Origin: Acidobacteriota bacterium
GTDB taxonomy: Bacteria; Acidobacteriota; UBA6911; RPQK01; JBOGJG01
Assembly (NCBI GenBank): GCA_050747825.1
Contig: JBOGJG010000330.1
Coordinates: forward strand, 1 to 60,097
Reading direction: 5' to 3'
DNA: 60,097 nucleotides
Position numbers and translations under genes: made by a program. Below the pieces are notes generated by a model. That model was not told the DNA's origin. It worked only from the letters and a program-made list of their open reading frames with translations, and ran no database searches. Shown piece by piece: positions 57,301 to 60,097 of the stretch. Each line of letters begins with the position of its first letter. The stretch's first letter is position 1.

Positions 57301-58557
57301 TAGCCCCTCTATCGCATCCAGACAACGGTCGATCTCTTCCGGCGTGTTGTAGTGGACCAGGCCGATGCGCAGCACGCCGCCGCTGGATTCCAAGCCCAGA
57401 CGCTCGGTCACTGAGAGCGCATAGAAGTTGCCGTCCCAAACGAAGATATTTTGCGCGGCCAGAGCTTCCGCCATAGCCCGTGGTTCAATTCCGTCCTTTC
57501 GTATGGAAACGGTGGCCAGCCGGTGGTGAAGTTGATCGGCATCTGTTATGCCGTAAATACGCACTCCCGAGATCGCCTTCAGGCCCGAGACCAATCTTTC
57601 GCACAGGCCTGATTCGTAGGCTCCGATCCTCCGCCAAGCCGCCTTCAGCCGTTGACGGCGAGGCTGGGCCCGTTCCGGTTCGCCGATTTCCGCCAGGTAA
57701 TCGATGGCCGCGGTCACTCCGGCCATGCCCTCGTGATTTTGAGTCCCTGTTTCCCACTTGCAGGGAAGGTGATTGGAAGCGGGGCGCACCTTGTATGCTT
57801 TAAGCCGCTCCAGGTGCTGACGTTTTCCGTACAGGTGGCCCGCGTGCGGACCAAAAACTTTATAGGCGCTGCATGCCAGGAAGTCGCAGCCCAGAGCTTT
57901 CACGTCAATCAAGCCGTGCGGCGCATATTGCACGGCGTCCACGAAGAGATAAGCGCCTGTCTCCCTGGCCCAGGCACTGATGGCAGCCACGTCGTTGATG
58001 CTGCCCGTGCAGTTGCTGGCATACCCCACGGCAATGAGCTTCGTCTGTGCGCCGATCTGCCGCTTCAGGTCAGTCATATCCAGCGTGCAGCTCTCGGGCT
58101 CAATGTCGGCCCATTTGACGACCGCTCCCGTGTCCTCGGCCATTAGAAGCCAGGGCGCCACGTTGGCGTCGTGGTCCAGGCGGGTCACAATGATTTCATC
58201 GTCCGGACCAAACTCCCGGGCCAGAGAACGGCTCAATTGAAAGGTGAGGCTGGTCATGTTGGGCCCGAAGACGATCTCGTCGGCCCCGGCCCCCAGTAAA
58301 TCGGCTACGGCCTGATGGGCCCCATCAATAACCACATCGGTTCGCCGGCTGGTCTCGAAAGCGCCATGAGTGTTCGAATTGCGCCGCGTCAAGTAATCCT
58401 GGATGGCCTCAATCACGTCTCGAGGCGTCTGCGTTCCGCCGGGATTGTCGAAGAAAACCGCCGGGCGCCCGTTGTAATTCTCCTGGAGAGCCGGAAAGCG
58501 AAGGCGGAGCCTCTCAGCATCCAGAAGCATCGGGCTATTCCCGGATGTGGCCATCAC
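57298..58557 (-). CDS. Cysteine desulfurase-like class V PLP enzyme (VC1184-type subfamily)
   Basis: FFDNPGGTQ, FGPNMT, LDHDANV, VDAV-x-YAPH, SAYK-x-FGPH, ETGT, W-x-GNFYA, LRIGLVHYNT. Confidence 0.88.
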   Translation of the reverse strand: MMATSGNSPMLLDAERLRLRFPALQENYNGRPAVFFDNPGGTQTPRDVIEAIQDYLTRRNSNTHGAFETSRRTDVVIDGAHQAVADLLGAGADEIVFGPNMTSLTFQLSRSLAREFGPDDEIIVTRLDHDANVAPWLLMAEDTGAVVKWADIEPESCTLDMTDLKRQIGAQTKLIAVGYASNCTGSINDVAAISAWARETGAYLFVDAVQYAPHGLIDVKALGCDFLACSAYKVFGPHAGHLYGKRQHLERLKAYKVRPASNHLPCKWETGTQNHEGMAGVTAAIDYLAEIGEPERAQPRRQRLKAAWRRIGAYESGLCERLVSGLKAISGVRIYGITDADQLHHRLATVSIRKDGIEPRAMAEALAAQNIFVWDGNFYALSVTERLGLESSGGVLRIGLVHYNTPEEIDRCLDAIEGL

Positions 58558-59794
58558 CGAACACGATCCATTTGTAGGTGGTTAGTTCCTTGAGTCCCAT
58601 GGGACCCCTGGCGTGCAGCCGCTGGGTGCTGATCGCCACTTCCGCGCCCAGCCCGAACTGGCCTCCGTCAGTGAAATAGGTGCTGGCGTTTACGTAAACC
58701 GCCGCCGAATCAACCTCATTCACGAAGCGCATGGCCTGGCTGTAGTCTTCCGTGATAATGACGTCCGAGTGATGGGTGCTGTGCTGAAAGATGTGGTCTA
58801 CGGCCTCTTCAAAGCTGTCTACGACCTTGACCGCCAGGTTCAGTGACAGAAATTCCGTGTCGAAATCTTTCGGCCCGGCAGCAGTGATTCCCGGGCGGGC
58901 GTTCAAGATCGTCTGAGCTCGCGGCTCGCAGCGCAGCGTTACCCCGTCAACCAGAAGCTTTTCCGCAATGCGCGGAAGCAGTCCCTGGGCGACTTCCTTG
59001 TGGATGAGGAGTGTGTCCAGGGCATTGCAAACGCTCGGCTTCTTGACCTTGGCATTATGGACGATGGAAATGGCCTTGGCCGCATCTGCGCTCCGATCGA
59101 CATAAGCGTGGCAGATGCCGATTCCGCCTGTGATCACCGGGATGGTGGCATTCTCCAGGGCAAACTTGTGCAGCGCCGCTCCACCGCGGGGAATGATCAT
59201 GTCGATGTGCTGGCTGCAGGTGAGCATCTCCCTGACCAGCGTCCGGTCGGTGCTTTCGATCAACTGGACGGCCTGGGCAGGAAGCCCCGACTCCTGGCAG
59301 GCCGTACTCACCGCCGCCGCCAGAGCCTGGTTGCTGCGGGCAGCTTCCTTTCCACCGCGTAAAATTGCTGCATTGCCTGATTTCAGGCAGAGCGCGGAGA
59401 TGTCCACGGTGACATTGGGCCGCGATTCGTAGATGACGCCTATAACTCCGATCGGTACCCGGCGCTTGCCGACCTGCAAGCCGTTGGGCAAAGTGCGTGA
59501 ATCAAACGTTTCTCCGACCGGATCAGGCAGAGCCACAATCGAGAGCAGATCCCGGGCAATGTTCCGCAGCCCCTGCTCGCTCAGTCGCAGGCGGTCGAGC
59601 AGAGCTTCGCCGAGTCCCGCCTGTGTCCCGGCCTCGAGGTCGCGAGCGTTTTCCTCAAGGATCTGATCCCTTCGGCTGACAATCGCTTCCGCAATAGCCT
59701 GCAGCGCCTTGTTTTTCGTTCCGGTATCCAGAACTGCCAGACAGCGGGAAGCCCGCCGTGCGCCCTGGCCTTTTTGTTCGAGTTCGTGGGACAT
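58535..59794 (-). CDS. proA: Gamma-glutamyl phosphate reductase
   Basis: LLDRL, VIYESRPNVT, LRGGKEA, IIPRGG, P-x-VCNALDTLL, VYVNAST-x-FTDG, EVAISTQRLHARGPMGL. Confidence 0.96.
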   Translation of the reverse strand: MSHELEQKGQGARRASRCLAVLDTGTKNKALQAIAEAIVSRRDQILEENARDLEAGTQAGLGEALLDRLRLSEQGLRNIARDLLSIVALPDPVGETFDSRTLPNGLQVGKRRVPIGVIGVIYESRPNVTVDISALCLKSGNAAILRGGKEAARSNQALAAAVSTACQESGLPAQAVQLIESTDRTLVREMLTCSQHIDMIIPRGGAALHKFALENATIPVITGGIGICHAYVDRSADAAKAISIVHNAKVKKPSVCNALDTLLIHKEVAQGLLPRIAEKLLVDGVTLRCEPRAQTILNARPGITAAGPKDFDTEFLSLNLAVKVVDSFEEAVDHIFQHSTHHSDVIITEDYSQAMRFVNEVDSAAVYVNASTYFTDGGQFGLGAEVAISTQRLHARGPMGLKELTTYKWIVFGDGHIRE

Positions 59795-59856
59795 CCGTTC
59801 TTTGGTCCTCAATAGGGGGTTAGCTTACCAGAGAACCAAAGGACTAAGGAACTAAT

Positions 59857-59961
59857 ACTGACCGCTGACCGCTGACCGCTGACCACTGACCGCTGACCAC
59901 TGACCCGCTGACCACGGACCCGCTGACCGCTGACCGGTTCGGTCATGGTCAGCCGGTCAGC
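59857..59961. repeat. Heptamer array ((G/A)CTGACC, 11 units) followed by inverted GGTCAGC units
   Basis: Units at 59857-59935, then GGTTC-GGTCAT-GGTCAGC-C-GGTCAGC. Lies between proB and proA. Confidence 0.9.
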
Positions 59962-59989
59962 TCGAGGTGCGGGGAGGGTCCACGGGTGA

Positions 59990-60097
59990 CTAAACAACCA
60001 CCATGTTGTTCCTGTGAACCACGGCGGGCCCGTAGTGGTATCCCAGGATGCGGGCTATTTCATTGGAGTGATGGCCGAGGATCGATTTCAGGTCAGT
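59990..60097 (-). CDS. proB: Glutamate 5-kinase, C-terminal end (partial, runs off window)
   Basis: Manual translation [35 protein letters not shown] resembles the ProB PUA-domain terminus; directly upstream of proA. Confidence 0.85.
   Translation of the reverse strand, partial: TDLKSILGHHSNEIARILGYHYGPAVVHRNNMVVV

Noticed and set aside
57191-59961. CRISPR array or composite transposon formed by the heptamer repeats
   Set aside because: Units are 7 bp with no unique spacers, there are no cas or transposase genes, and the enclosed genes are housekeeping.
1407-60097. The many 60-240 aa alternative-frame and antisense ORFs overlapping well-supported genes
   Set aside because: These are shadow ORFs typical of GC-rich coding DNA; none shows an independent motif or RBS.

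Overview
About 60 kb of a bacterial chromosome. It is probably Acidobacteriota-like, inferred from the CarboxypepD+Oar-type TonB receptors, a glycine-zipper protein and a Tal-Pgi fusion. Most of it is ordinary metabolism: a TonB receptor; an SDR/DUF5916/Tat-exported intradiol dioxygenase trio; a cobalamin-riboswitch operon (btuB-btuF-btuC-btuD-cbiA-cbiP plus a second binding protein); DUF72/rnhA; an OprO/P porin; the full glgE-treS/mak-glgB-treZ-GH57-treY alpha-glucan/trehalose cluster; gabD; nitroreductase; mtgA; ZIP; PAP2; moaB; hinT; tal-pgi/rpiB/ROK; ctaB; leucine-catabolism genes; an acyl-CoA ligase-ACP-acyltransferase fusion; and proA/proB. The most unusual part is the first ~1.1 kb, a mosaic the ORF track hides. 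An internal CusA fragment (minus strand) is joined through a 4-bp microhomology to the C-terminal tail of a prokaryotic Argonaute (PIWI). That tail is followed by an exact copy of the tRNA-fMet 3' end inside a palindrome, and then a terminator. This looks like the att end of a pAgo-carrying island, although an assembly chimera at the junction cannot be excluded. Other oddities are an ASPIC/UnbV remnant in frame after the TonB receptor stop, a 61-bp inverted copy of DUF72 sequence that truncates a small gene, an internally deleted RHS core, an unannotated 53-aa membrane protein, and two heptamer-repeat elements with the same architecture. No intact novel multi-gene system can be demonstrated from the sequence alone.
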